Positions 9,190-17,398 of a stretch of 64,000 bases of DNA are shown one piece after another. The position numbers were made by a program, and so were the translations under genes. Every line of letters starts with the position of its first letter. Position 1 is the first letter of the stretch. Under the pieces are notes generated by a model. That model did no database searches. It saw only the letters and a program-made list of their open reading frames with translations, and was not told the DNA's origin. Source of the stretch: a virus (lineage: Duplodnaviria > Caudoviricetes); the IMG/VR virus record IMGVR_UViG_3300033073_001153, positions 160,001 to 224,000 of that record; one strand, 5' to 3'.

Positions 9190-9441
9190 TTAGATTACTC
9201 CTTTTTGGTTAAGATCCTTAGTGATTGCACGCACATTCGCTTCTACAGGAATGGCACCGTATTGATTTACACGCTTCAAAATAGTAGCGTTTTGAACTGT
9301 GTAACCATTCTGTGTACGTTCTAGTGTAAGAACCACAGTCTTTGGACGAGTAAGGTTAGATGATAACCATGTTTCTGTTGAACACTCACCGAGACAAGCC
9401 CGTTGAGTCCGTTGTGTTGTTGTTGTTTTTTGTTTTCTCAT
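9190..9441 (-). CDS. hypothetical protein
   Basis: 83-aa ORF. Confidence 0.65.
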   Translation of the reverse strand: MRKQKTTTTQRTQRACLGECSTETWLSSNLTRPKTVVLTLERTQNGYTVQNATILKRVNQYGAIPVEANVRAITKDLNQKGVI

Positions 9442-9451
9442 AGGAGATTGT

Positions 9452-9655
9452 TTAAGAATTGTATTCTGCCAGAATATCTTTGTAATAGCAAGTCATTTTA
9501 TCAATGAATTGGGAATATTTTTCCGAATCATTACCCAAACTTTTGTTTAGGCGATAAAGATGCTTTAGTGTAAAGATAAGTTCTTTTTCTTCATTAGTCA
9601 AGAAGAAATTATAGACGTACTTATGTTTTTTATAAGTATTATCAGTTTCTTTCAT
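9452..9655 (-). CDS. hypothetical protein
   Basis: 67-aa ORF in the operon. Confidence 0.55.
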   Translation of the reverse strand: MKETDNTYKKHKYVYNFFLTNEEKELIFTLKHLYRLNKSLGNDSEKYSQFIDKMTCYYKDILAEYNS

Positions 9656-9669
9656 ATAAGAAAAATGAA

Positions 9670-9975
9670 TTATTCTGCCAGCGCACGGGCGATTGCTTTT
9701 TTCAAACCAGTGCTTCTGCGATAATGTTCTTTATTAGAACAAACAGATTCACCATATAGATCTTCATTCTTATCTGTGGTAATCATAATGGTAGTCTTTC
9801 CACCTCTTGCTGAAAGATACCAATTTTCTGGTTCAGCGTCCACATGCGATTGAAGAAACAATGCTGTGAGACGTTTTCCTGTAAAAGGATCATACCGGAA
9901 ATATTCCCGATGATGACCTACCCGCACTTTCCATCCTTTTTTACGCAGTTCGTAGACTGTTGGTACTGATTTCAT
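9670..9975 (-). CDS. conserved phage hypothetical protein
   Basis: GGKT...GESVCS.KEHYRRSTGLKKAIARAL pattern seen in small phage proteins. Confidence 0.7.
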   Translation of the reverse strand: MKSVPTVYELRKKGWKVRVGHHREYFRYDPFTGKRLTALFLQSHVDAEPENWYLSARGGKTTIMITTDKNEDLYGESVCSNKEHYRRSTGLKKAIARALAE

Positions 9976-9990
9976 AGTTCTCAGACTATC

Positions 9991-10131
9991 TCACTTTTTC
10001 TTCGATTTATCAAGTACTTTTTTATCTTTTTTTCGAAAGATACTATCAAAGTTTTTGTTGTATGTGTCTATGTCTTTGATTGGACGTGGTTTATCACCTT
10101 TACCGTTATTCACAGTGTTTAGTTTTGCCAT
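9991..10131 (-). CDS. small basic phage protein (46 aa, not in ORF track)
   Basis: MAKLNTVNNGKGDKPRPIKDIDTYNKNFDSIFRKK...; GKGxKPRP...NxDxIF motif of a common small phage family. Confidence 0.7.
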   Translation of the reverse strand: MAKLNTVNNGKGDKPRPIKDIDTYNKNFDSIFRKKDKKVLDKSKKK

Positions 10132-10133
10132 AA

Positions 10134-10412
10134 TTACTTTGTAAGAGCTTGACTAAAAATAGTAACAGATTCGTAAGGACTAACATTCATGGAAGTAGAA
10201 ACTCCGCCAACTAATTGCCATCCATCATTTAAATGTTTGGTAACTTCTTCTTGAAGTTTAATATAATCATTTCTATATGCTAAAATTATATATTGATATT
10301 CAGGTTTTTTAATATCAGGATACTTATCAGCATTTTGTGAAGGAATATAAACTTCTTCAGAAGGCTTATTAAGCACTTCAGTTGGTTTGTTATTGTTTCT
10401 CTTTTTAGACAT
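10134..10412 (-). CDS. DUF1737-like domain protein
   Basis: Y.IL...LQEEVTKHLNDGWQLVGGVS...QAL. Confidence 0.7.
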   Translation of the reverse strand: MSKKRNNNKPTEVLNKPSEEVYIPSQNADKYPDIKKPEYQYIILAYRNDYIKLQEEVTKHLNDGWQLVGGVSTSMNVSPYESVTIFSQALTK

Positions 10413-10424
10413 AAATGTTTAGAT

Positions 10425-10784
10425 TTAAGATAAGGTTAATAGATATTTTAGTTTATTTACCTCACCTAACATAGAATCACGAATATTTAATAAATCTGTT
10501 TTGTCATCTATTTCAAATGACATTTCGTTTAAATATTCGTTGAATTCTTCTAAAACGTCGGAAACTACAGAATCATCTGTAAGTGGAAAAAGAGTAATAT
10601 TAAAATTATTTGTAGGTTTACTCTTTCCGAAAATTCCCATATAGGTTTCCACAAATTCATCAACCAATCCGTCTAAGTTTTCGTAAATTTTACCAAAAGC
10701 CTTGTGACGGGCATAAGAATCAGTTTGCCAATGAAAAATTCTCATTTGTTGCTGAAACTGAACTAATGGAGTTATAACATTCAT
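10425..10784 (-). CDS. ferritin/Dps-like four-helix protein (DUF5856-like)
   Basis: HWQTDSYARHKAFG...DEFVETYMG...KLKYLLTL. Confidence 0.8.
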   Translation of the reverse strand: MNVITPLVQFQQQMRIFHWQTDSYARHKAFGKIYENLDGLVDEFVETYMGIFGKSKPTNNFNITLFPLTDDSVVSDVLEEFNEYLNEMSFEIDDKTDLLNIRDSMLGEVNKLKYLLTLS

Positions 10785-10873
10785 GGATTTTATAATTTAC
10801 CTATATTATATAGTTTTGTCAATCATAAAAACGTGAGTTTATGATTTCGGTGAACTTTTTCAGTGAACTTCGT

Positions 10874-11281
10874 TCATTTTAGGTGAACTACATTAATTCT
10901 GCATTTTTTTAAAAATTCTATTCCCGAATCGTCTCTATAAGAGTTTTTATAGTAAACCTCTTTTATTCCCGCACCGTAAATAGATTTCGCACATTCCATG
11001 CATGGAGAATGTGTCACAAACATTACAGAACCTTCTCCTGATTCATTGCTTTTGGCTAATTTATTAATACAATTCATTTCAGAATGAATCACTTCAGGTA
11101 AAGTTTTGTTGTTTTCATCTTCGCAAACATTAGACCATCCTTCGGGAGTTCCATTATAACCAATTGAAATTATTCTTTGGTTTTTTACCAAAATTGCTCC
11201 TACTTTTAATCTTTTTGCTGTTGAAAGTTTAGAGAACACTTCAGCAACTTCCATATATGCATTTAAAAGTTTTTCTTTCAT
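10874..11281 (-). CDS. cd: dCMP deaminase
   Basis: KVGA, GYNG, HSE.N, THSPCMEC. Confidence 0.9.
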   Translation of the reverse strand: MKEKLLNAYMEVAEVFSKLSTAKRLKVGAILVKNQRIISIGYNGTPEGWSNVCEDENNKTLPEVIHSEMNCINKLAKSNESGEGSVMFVTHSPCMECAKSIYGAGIKEVYYKNSYRDDSGIEFLKKCRINVVHLK

Positions 11282-11302
11282 AGAATGAATAAATATTAAT
11301 AT

Positions 11303-11476
11303 ATGGCTTTTATTTTTAGAATCAAACGTAGGTTAGCAGGAAATCCCGGTCCTCCAGACTCTCTTCAAGTAGGAGAATTAGCTTATAACGAAGTGGATAA
11401 TATTTTATATTATGGAAGAAGTCAACCACTTTCTGGAAGTACTACAAATACTACTCTAAGTTCTTTGAGTTCTTAA
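11303..11476 (+). CDS. 57-aa stand-alone Mtd_N-like anchor protein (not in ORF track)
   Basis: MAFIFRIKRRLAGNPGPPDSLQVGELAYNEVDNILYYGRSQPLSGSTTNTTLSSLSS; paralogous to the N-termini at 12468, 14421, 14773 and 22059; TAAATA at 11290-11295. Confidence 0.85.
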   Translation: MAFIFRIKRRLAGNPGPPDSLQVGELAYNEVDNILYYGRSQPLSGSTTNTTLSSLSS

Positions 11477-11701
11477 TTATTCTAAGTCTTCATTAGAAAT
11501 ATTAATTATTTTAGAAGATAATACCAATTCTAGTTCATCTTCTTCAATATCCAATTCTCTACAAATTTCTTCAAAGCAATCTAATTCTGGTAGATATTCT
11601 ACTACTCTGTTTAAATATTTTATACATTCTTTTTTATTCATTAATAATTTATTTACTAATAATGTATAAATAATTTTAACAGGTTCTGAAAAACTTGTCA
11701 A
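11477..11701 (-). CDS. hypothetical protein (true start probably MNKKEC, about 11641)
   Basis: acidic C-terminal part looks coding; TTG start coincides with a TTGACA box. Confidence 0.45.
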   Translation of the reverse strand: MTSFSEPVKIIYTLLVNKLLMNKKECIKYLNRVVEYLPELDCFEEICRELDIEEDELELVLSSKIINISNEDLE

Positions 11702-11716
11702 TAATAAATACTAAAA

Positions 11717-12127
11717 ATGGCAAATTTAATTCCAGTATTATCATCATCTCCTCTGTGGCCAAGTGTAGGAGACGCTTTTTCTTGGATAACTATACAAAAT
11801 GATGTACCAAGAGAATTATATGCACAAGCTGTATATACAGTAAATCATGGAAATAATTACGATAATATAAATAACAGTTCTATATTAACAGCAACTGGTC
11901 AAGTATTATCTGCTAATTCTGTAAGAAAAGCTTTATATTGTAGAAATTTAAGTACTGCACATTTATATATTAAATTTGGTTTAAGTGCGAGTTCAACATC
12001 TTTTAATGTTTTATTAAAAGGAAGTGCAGATGGAATAGGAGAAGCATTTTTTGATGAACAAGTTTATCACGGAGAAGTTTCTGTTTATAGCACAAATCCT
12101 AATTATATGCTATGGGAGGGTTTCTAA
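11717..12127 (+). CDS. virion structural/decoration protein (beta-sandwich-like)
   Basis: RKALYCRNLSTAHLYIKFG pattern; TAAATA 6 nt upstream. Confidence 0.6.
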   Translation: MANLIPVLSSSPLWPSVGDAFSWITIQNDVPRELYAQAVYTVNHGNNYDNINNSSILTATGQVLSANSVRKALYCRNLSTAHLYIKFGLSASSTSFNVLLKGSADGIGEAFFDEQVYHGEVSVYSTNPNYMLWEGF

Positions 12128-12367
12128 ATGAGATTTACAAATATAATAGTAAGATCCGATGTAGAACAGTTTATACATGAAATAATAACAGAAAGATTAT
12201 CTGCTTATGGAAATATTTTAGATGGTGTTGCATTAGAAGAACTTACTAATTTTGATGTGCCTTTATTATCAGCACAAACTCCAGATGAAAGAGAAGACGG
12301 AATACTATTGGCATATAAAGATGGCAAATTAGTAGAAGAGAAAGACTTAAATGGTGGCGAATTTTAA
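12128..12367 (+). CDS. small structural protein ending NGGEF
   Basis: abuts the previous gene; C-terminal [DN]GGxF shared with neighbours. Confidence 0.65.
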   Translation: MRFTNIIVRSDVEQFIHEIITERLSAYGNILDGVALEELTNFDVPLLSAQTPDEREDGILLAYKDGKLVEEKDLNGGEF

Positions 12368-12407
12368 TTTTTTATAAGATATTTGAAAAATTGAATGGTT
12401 TTTTTGA

Positions 12408-12445
12408 TAAATAATATATGCAGAACATTTATTTCTATCTGCATA
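12408..12445 (+). promoter_or_regulatory. late promoter plus 5' hairpin
   Basis: TAAATA at 12408-12413, then TATGCAGA/TCTGCATA stem at 12417-12445 and an A/C-rich leader. Confidence 0.6.
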
Positions 12446-12467
12446 ACTCAAACAAAACCAAAAAATT

Positions 12468-14324
12468 ATGGCAAATATTATTCGTATCAAACGTCGTCTA
12501 GATGAAGTCGGAGCCCTTTCTGGAGCACCAGCTTCTCTACTTAATGCAGAACTCGCCTTCAACGAAGTCGATAACACACTTTACTATGGTCGTGGAGATG
12601 ATGGTAGTGGTGTAGCAACTGAAATCATACCTATTGGTGGTAATGGGTATGTTGAGGAAATTGCTGCTGGTCTTACTGGTGCTATTGACACTCTTCGTTC
12701 AGAAGTCGATTCTGTTTCTTCTTTTCTTGACAGCAAAATTGATTCACTTTCTTCATCTGTAGATTCTCAGCTTTCTGATCTACATGCAGAAATGGTCACC
12801 GCTTCTGGTGCTTTAGATTCTAAAATTGATTCTGAAGTAGCAGGTTTACATTCAGAAATGGTTGCTGCTTCTGGCGCACTTCATGCTGAAATGGTTGCAG
12901 CTTCCGCTGCTCTTGATTCTAAAATTGACTCTGAAGTTTCAACTCTTGAGGGGACAATTGAACAACTTCGCACTGAAACTGTAGCTGCTTCTGGCCAATT
13001 AGCCAGTGATTTAGCTGCTGAAGTATTACGTGCTACTACTGCTGAAACTGCACTATCTGGTGCAATCGATGCAGCTAATACCCGTATCGATAATGTTCTC
13101 AGCAACATTGATCCAGCCGCTCTTGATTCATTAACTGAAATCGTAAGTGCCTTTCAAGCCGCTGATGGCAGTCTTAATGATACTATAACCAACCTTGCAA
13201 ATACTGCATCTTCTAACCTAGCTTCTGTTAGCGGTGTATTACAAGGTGAAATTGACGATCTTCGGGCTGAAACTGTCGCTGCTAGTGGCACCCTTCAGGG
13301 CGAAATTGACACACTTAACGCAACTCTTGTAAGCGTTTCAGGTGAACTTAGCCAAGACATTGCTGATGCTGCTTCTGCTGCTCATACCGAACTCGTAACT
13401 GTTTCCGGTGAACTAGCTCAAGACATTCTTGATGCTGCTGATGCAGCCCACACTGAACTCGTTTCAGTTTCTGGTGAACTCTCACAAGATATCGCTGATG
13501 CCGCTTCTGCTGCTCACACTGAACTTGTTTCAGTTTCTGGTGAACTCTCACAAGACATTGCTGATGCTGCTTCTGCTGCTCACACTGAACTTGTCACTGT
13601 TTCCGGTGAACTTTCACAAGATATCGCTGATGCTGCTTCTGCTGCTCATACTGAACTAGTAACTGTTTCTGGCGAACTTTCACAAGATATCGCTGATGCA
13701 GTTTCAAATGCAAACGCTGCATTAGCTACTGTTTCTGGCGAACTCGCTCAAGACATTGTTGATGCTGCTGATGCTGCTCATTCTGAATTAGTCTCTGTTT
13801 CTGGACTTCTTAGTCAAGACATTGCGACAGCAGTTTCAGATGCTCACACTGAACTTGTAACTGTTTCTGGAGCTTTAGAGACCGAAATCGGTTCTTTAAG
13901 CTCTGACATGATTGCTCGTGATGCTCAGGTTCTTTCTGACGCACAAGCTTATGCCGACCAGAAAATTTCTGATCTTGTCGGGGGTGCTCCAGCACTTCTC
14001 GATACACTCCGCGAACTTGCAAGTGCTATTGGTGATGATGAAAGTTTCGTCGTAACAATGGCAAACAACTATGCAACTCTAAGCTCTGCTTTAGTTGCTA
14101 GTGAAAATGCTGCCGATGCACGTCTCGATGTTCTAGAATCTGCCGTTGATAGCTTAACTGGTGCTTCTGGTGTAACTGTTCTCGGTACTATTGCTGCACA
14201 AAATTACGATGCAGTAAGTATCACTGGCGGTTCAATGACTGATGTAACCATCAGTGCAACCGTTAGTGGAACAATTACTAATTACACATTAGTTAATTGT
14301 GCAATGGATGCAGGTACTTTCTAA
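12468..14324 (+). CDS. long coiled-coil fibre protein with Mtd_N-like N-terminus
   Basis: IKRR...ELAFNEVDNTLYYG; 11/22-aa repeats; fibre motif APALLDTLRELASAIGDD; ends DAGTF. Confidence 0.8.
   Translation: MANIIRIKRRLDEVGALSGAPASLLNAELAFNEVDNTLYYGRGDDGSGVATEIIPIGGNGYVEEIAAGLTGAIDTLRSEVDSVSSFLDSKIDSLSSSVDSQLSDLHAEMVTASGALDSKIDSEVAGLHSEMVAASGALHAEMVAASAALDSKIDSEVSTLEGTIEQLRTETVAASGQLASDLAAEVLRATTAETALSGAIDAANTRIDNVLSNIDPAALDSLTEIVSAFQAADGSLNDTITNLANTASSNLASVSGVLQGEIDDLRAETVAASGTLQGEIDTLNATLVSVSGELSQDIADAASAAHTELVTVSGELAQDILDAADAAHTELVSVSGELSQDIADAASAAHTELVSVSGELSQDIADAASAAHTELVTVSGELSQDIADAASAAHTELVTVSGELSQDIADAVSNANAALATVSGELAQDIVDAADAAHSELVSVSGLLSQDIATAVSDAHTELVTVSGALETEIGSLSSDMIARDAQVLSDAQAYADQKISDLVGGAPALLDTLRELASAIGDDESFVVTMANNYATLSSALVASENAADARLDVLESAVDSLTGASGVTVLGTIAAQNYDAVSITGGSMTDVTISATVSGTITNYTLVNCAMDAGTF
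13326..13875 (+). repeat. 66-bp (22-aa) tandem repeat, about 8.5 copies
   Basis: LVxVSGELSQDIADAASAAHTE units starting 13326, 13392 ... 13854. Confidence 0.95.
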
Positions 14325-14350
14325 GTTAATTTAGAAATATAAAAGCTTAT

Positions 14351-14399
14351 AGGGGGTGGTGGTTGGGTTTTACACCACCCCCTTTCTTCCAAAACCCAA
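14351..14399 (+). other. GC-rich hairpin/terminator whose loop can pair downstream (pseudoknot-like)
   Basis: S1 14351-14361/14373-14383 (11 bp); S2 14363-14371/14391-14399 (9 bp). Confidence 0.7.
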
Positions 14400-14420
14400 A
14401 AATTTTTATATATAATAAAT

Positions 14421-14750
14421 ATGGCAAATACATTTCAAATTAAACGCAGAACTAGCGGATCAGCAGGTGCTCCAGCTTCATTACTAGGTGGAGAACTTGC
14501 ATTCAACGAAGTAGACGAAACACTGTATTATGGTGCTGCTAGTGGAGTAGTACCAATTGGTGGTAAAGGTGCATTCGTTACTCTCGACACTCAACAAACT
14601 GTTGTCGAAGATAAAACATTCACTGGTGCAGTTGATCTTGGATCAGCCGCAGTAACTATAACACAATCAAGAACTGATAGTAGCGTAGCCGTCGCAAACA
14701 CACAATTCGTACAAGATGTAGCATCATTACTCGATGGCGGAAGCTTCTAA
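14421..14750 (+). CDS. short Mtd_N-like fibre/adaptor protein
   Basis: QIKRR...GELAFNEV; QTVVEDKTF; VANTQFVQ; ends DGGSF. Confidence 0.8.
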   Translation: MANTFQIKRRTSGSAGAPASLLGGELAFNEVDETLYYGAASGVVPIGGKGAFVTLDTQQTVVEDKTFTGAVDLGSAAVTITQSRTDSSVAVANTQFVQDVASLLDGGSF

Positions 14751-14772
14751 CTTGGAGGGTTAACCTAAAATT

Positions 14773-15435
14773 ATGGCTAATACCTTTCAAATTAAACGTA
14801 GAACAACCGGACAAGCAGGTGCTCCAACTTCATTAGCTAATGGTGAATTGGCATTCAATGAAGTAAATAGCAGTTTGTACTACGGTATGGCAGATGGATC
14901 AGTTCAACCAATAGTTAATATTGGTGGTTCTGGTAACTATCTTACTGTATCTACACAACAAACTATTTCTGGTGATAAAGCATTTACTGCGTCTGTCGTT
15001 CTTTCTTCTGCTGTAGTATCTACCGCAGTTCTAACTGCTAGTGGAGCAGAAGTTGCTAATACTGAATTCGTACAAAATGTATTTGCCGTTCTTGACGGTG
15101 GATATTTTGACGATTTTTATACTCCTCCTACTCCTTCAGGTACTGGTAAATATTTCTATTCTACCAGCAGCACTGATTGGAGCAGCTTGAGTAACTGGTT
15201 CACCAACGTTCAACATACAACCCAAGCAGGATCACTTCCAACATCAGCTACTGATGTAGTTATCCTTGGAAATGTTGCACCAATTGTTAACCTAGATGCA
15301 AATTACTGGGTACAACCAAATTCAATTGATGCTGGAACCGCTGGTATCGTATTCAATTCAAGTAACTTTGGTAACGTAACCTGCTCAATCTCAGGTAATG
15401 CTACCTTCAACGGAAACTCAACTTATAACGTATAA
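14773..15435 (+). CDS. Mtd_N-like fibre/adaptor protein, paralogue of 14421 with a C-terminal extension
   Basis: first ~115 aa align with 14421; WSSLSNW...P..ATDVVI domain; ends ISGNATFNGNS. Confidence 0.8.
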   Translation: MANTFQIKRRTTGQAGAPTSLANGELAFNEVNSSLYYGMADGSVQPIVNIGGSGNYLTVSTQQTISGDKAFTASVVLSSAVVSTAVLTASGAEVANTEFVQNVFAVLDGGYFDDFYTPPTPSGTGKYFYSTSSTDWSSLSNWFTNVQHTTQAGSLPTSATDVVILGNVAPIVNLDANYWVQPNSIDAGTAGIVFNSSNFGNVTCSISGNATFNGNSTYNV

Positions 15436-17396
15436 TGGGCGTAGAAAATATTCAAATTGATGGAGTAGGTAGTTTCTTTGATTCTACTGAAAATGCAGGA
15501 GTAGTTGCTTATGCAAGTTTTGGAGATACTGCTGTTAATAGTGGTACTATCTCTGTTTCTGCTGAGTTTTCACTTAGTGCTGCAAATCATGGAACTGTAA
15601 CAGAAGTTGCAGTTTTCCAAGGTAATGCAGTAAACACAGGAACAGTTGCCGTTGCTGAATTTAAAGACGGAGCAGTTAATGCCGGTACAGTTAGTACTTC
15701 TGCGGTATTCGCAGATAGCACTACAAACACTGGTACTGTTGCTGCTGCTGTATTCCAAGATACTGCAAAAAATGATGGTGGTACTGTAACAGGAAACGCT
15801 ACATTTGCTGATACTGCCGAAAATATCGGTACAGTTGTAGGAAATGCTGTATTTACAGATTCTGCTGAAAATAAAGGTGCTATTGCTGGTGATGCAATTT
15901 TTGCTGATACTACAGTAAATACTGGAACTGTTTCAGGTAATGCTCAAGTTGCAGATACTGCTGATAATAGCGGTGGTACTGTAGTTGGAAGTGTTTCTGC
16001 TTATGTACCACCTAATAATAATCCTGCTGCGGGCACAGTATTGTCTGCTGGATTAGTCGCTTATGCTACTATTGAAGGATCTCAAATTGATGTAGGAACA
16101 TATGATGTTGTTGCAGATGGTAATGGTGGTTCAACAAATAATTATAATTATACTGTTGCTGGCACATATCAAGCCGCAAATGGATCATGGTATACATTTG
16201 ATGGAGCTGGTAATGGTGGTTATGCTTCTGGTACACTGCAATTAGCATCAGATTCTAACAAATGGTATACATTTGATGGAGCTGGTAATGGTGGTTATGC
16301 TTCTGGTACACTGCAAGCAGTATCAGATTTTAACAAATGGTATACATTTGATAGTAATGGTGGTGGTTCATATGCTTTAGGAACATTCCAATTAGCATCA
16401 GATTCTAACAAATGGTATACATTTGATGGAGCTGGTAATGGGGGTTATGCTTCTGGCACATTCCAATTAGCATCAGATTCTAACAAATGGTACACATTTG
16501 ATGGACTTGGTGGAGGAGGATATGCTTCTGGCACATTCCAATTAGCATCAGATTCTAACAAATGGTACACATTTGATGGACTTGGTGGAGGAGGATATGC
16601 TTCTGGCACATTCCAATTAGCATCAGATTCTAACAAATGGTACACATTTGATGGAGCTGGTGGAGGAGGATATGCTTCTGGTACATTCCAATTAGCATCA
16701 GATTCTAACAAATGGGTTACATTTGATGGAGCTGGTGGTGGAGGTTATGCTTCTGGAACATTCCAATTAGCATCAGATTCTAACAAATGGTACACATTTG
16801 ATGGACTTGGTGGTGGTGTATATACTTCAGGCATTCTTAAATCAGCATCGGATCTTAAATGGTATACTTATAATGGTAATGGTGGTAGATCACTATTGTC
16901 AGTAGGCGCATACTTAATTGGGTCTAGTTATTACTCTATTGATAATGGAGTAGAAGGTAATACCCTTGCAAATGGTTTACGTGAGCTAGTAGATGACGGC
17001 ATTTGGAGATACTTTAATACTGGGTCATATGTTAGCTATGTAGTTTCTAATGAAATACAGCAAGCTGCTAATAATATATGGTACTCATTCGACAACGATG
17101 GTAAGGCATCTTCTTTCCCATCTGGGTTAGCTCAAGACTTAAATAATAATTGGTATATATTTGATGGAGCTGGTGGCGGTTCACGAGTCTATGAATTCAC
17201 TGACTATACAGCCGATATTAGTGTAAATTACTATGCTTCTAGCTCAACATTAGCATTAGGAGTTGTAATATACAACGGTGATGGAACTATTCATAACGGT
17301 CAAAGCGACATCACAATTGGTGATATAGTATATTCTATCGAAAATGATGGCAGCGGTGAGATCTATGGTATGGTAGATACTAATCCGTATAATTAA
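15435..17396 (+). CDS. beta-solenoid + WYTFDG-repeat fibre/receptor-binding protein
   Basis: NxGTVxGNAxFxD repeats, then 25-aa repeats. Confidence 0.75.
   Translation: MGVENIQIDGVGSFFDSTENAGVVAYASFGDTAVNSGTISVSAEFSLSAANHGTVTEVAVFQGNAVNTGTVAVAEFKDGAVNAGTVSTSAVFADSTTNTGTVAAAVFQDTAKNDGGTVTGNATFADTAENIGTVVGNAVFTDSAENKGAIAGDAIFADTTVNTGTVSGNAQVADTADNSGGTVVGSVSAYVPPNNNPAAGTVLSAGLVAYATIEGSQIDVGTYDVVADGNGGSTNNYNYTVAGTYQAANGSWYTFDGAGNGGYASGTLQLASDSNKWYTFDGAGNGGYASGTLQAVSDFNKWYTFDSNGGGSYALGTFQLASDSNKWYTFDGAGNGGYASGTFQLASDSNKWYTFDGLGGGGYASGTFQLASDSNKWYTFDGLGGGGYASGTFQLASDSNKWYTFDGAGGGGYASGTFQLASDSNKWVTFDGAGGGGYASGTFQLASDSNKWYTFDGLGGGVYTSGILKSASDLKWYTYNGNGGRSLLSVGAYLIGSSYYSIDNGVEGNTLANGLRELVDDGIWRYFNTGSYVSYVVSNEIQQAANNIWYSFDNDGKASSFPSGLAQDLNNNWYIFDGAGGGSRVYEFTDYTADISVNYYASSSTLALGVVIYNGDGTIHNGQSDITIGDIVYSIENDGSGEIYGMVDTNPYN
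16188..16862 (+). repeat. 75-bp (25-aa) near-identical tandem repeat, 9 copies
   Basis: WYTFDGxGxGGYASGTFQLASDSNK units at 16188+75n. Confidence 0.95.
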
Positions 17397-17398
17397 TT

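Noticed and set aside
15420-15440. Programmed frameshift fusing 14773 and 15435
   Set aside because: No slippery heptamer; the TAATG overlap is ordinary translational coupling
16188-16862. CRISPR-like array
   Set aside because: Units are in-frame coding repeats with no unique spacers; the same holds for the 66-, 117- and 147-bp repeats
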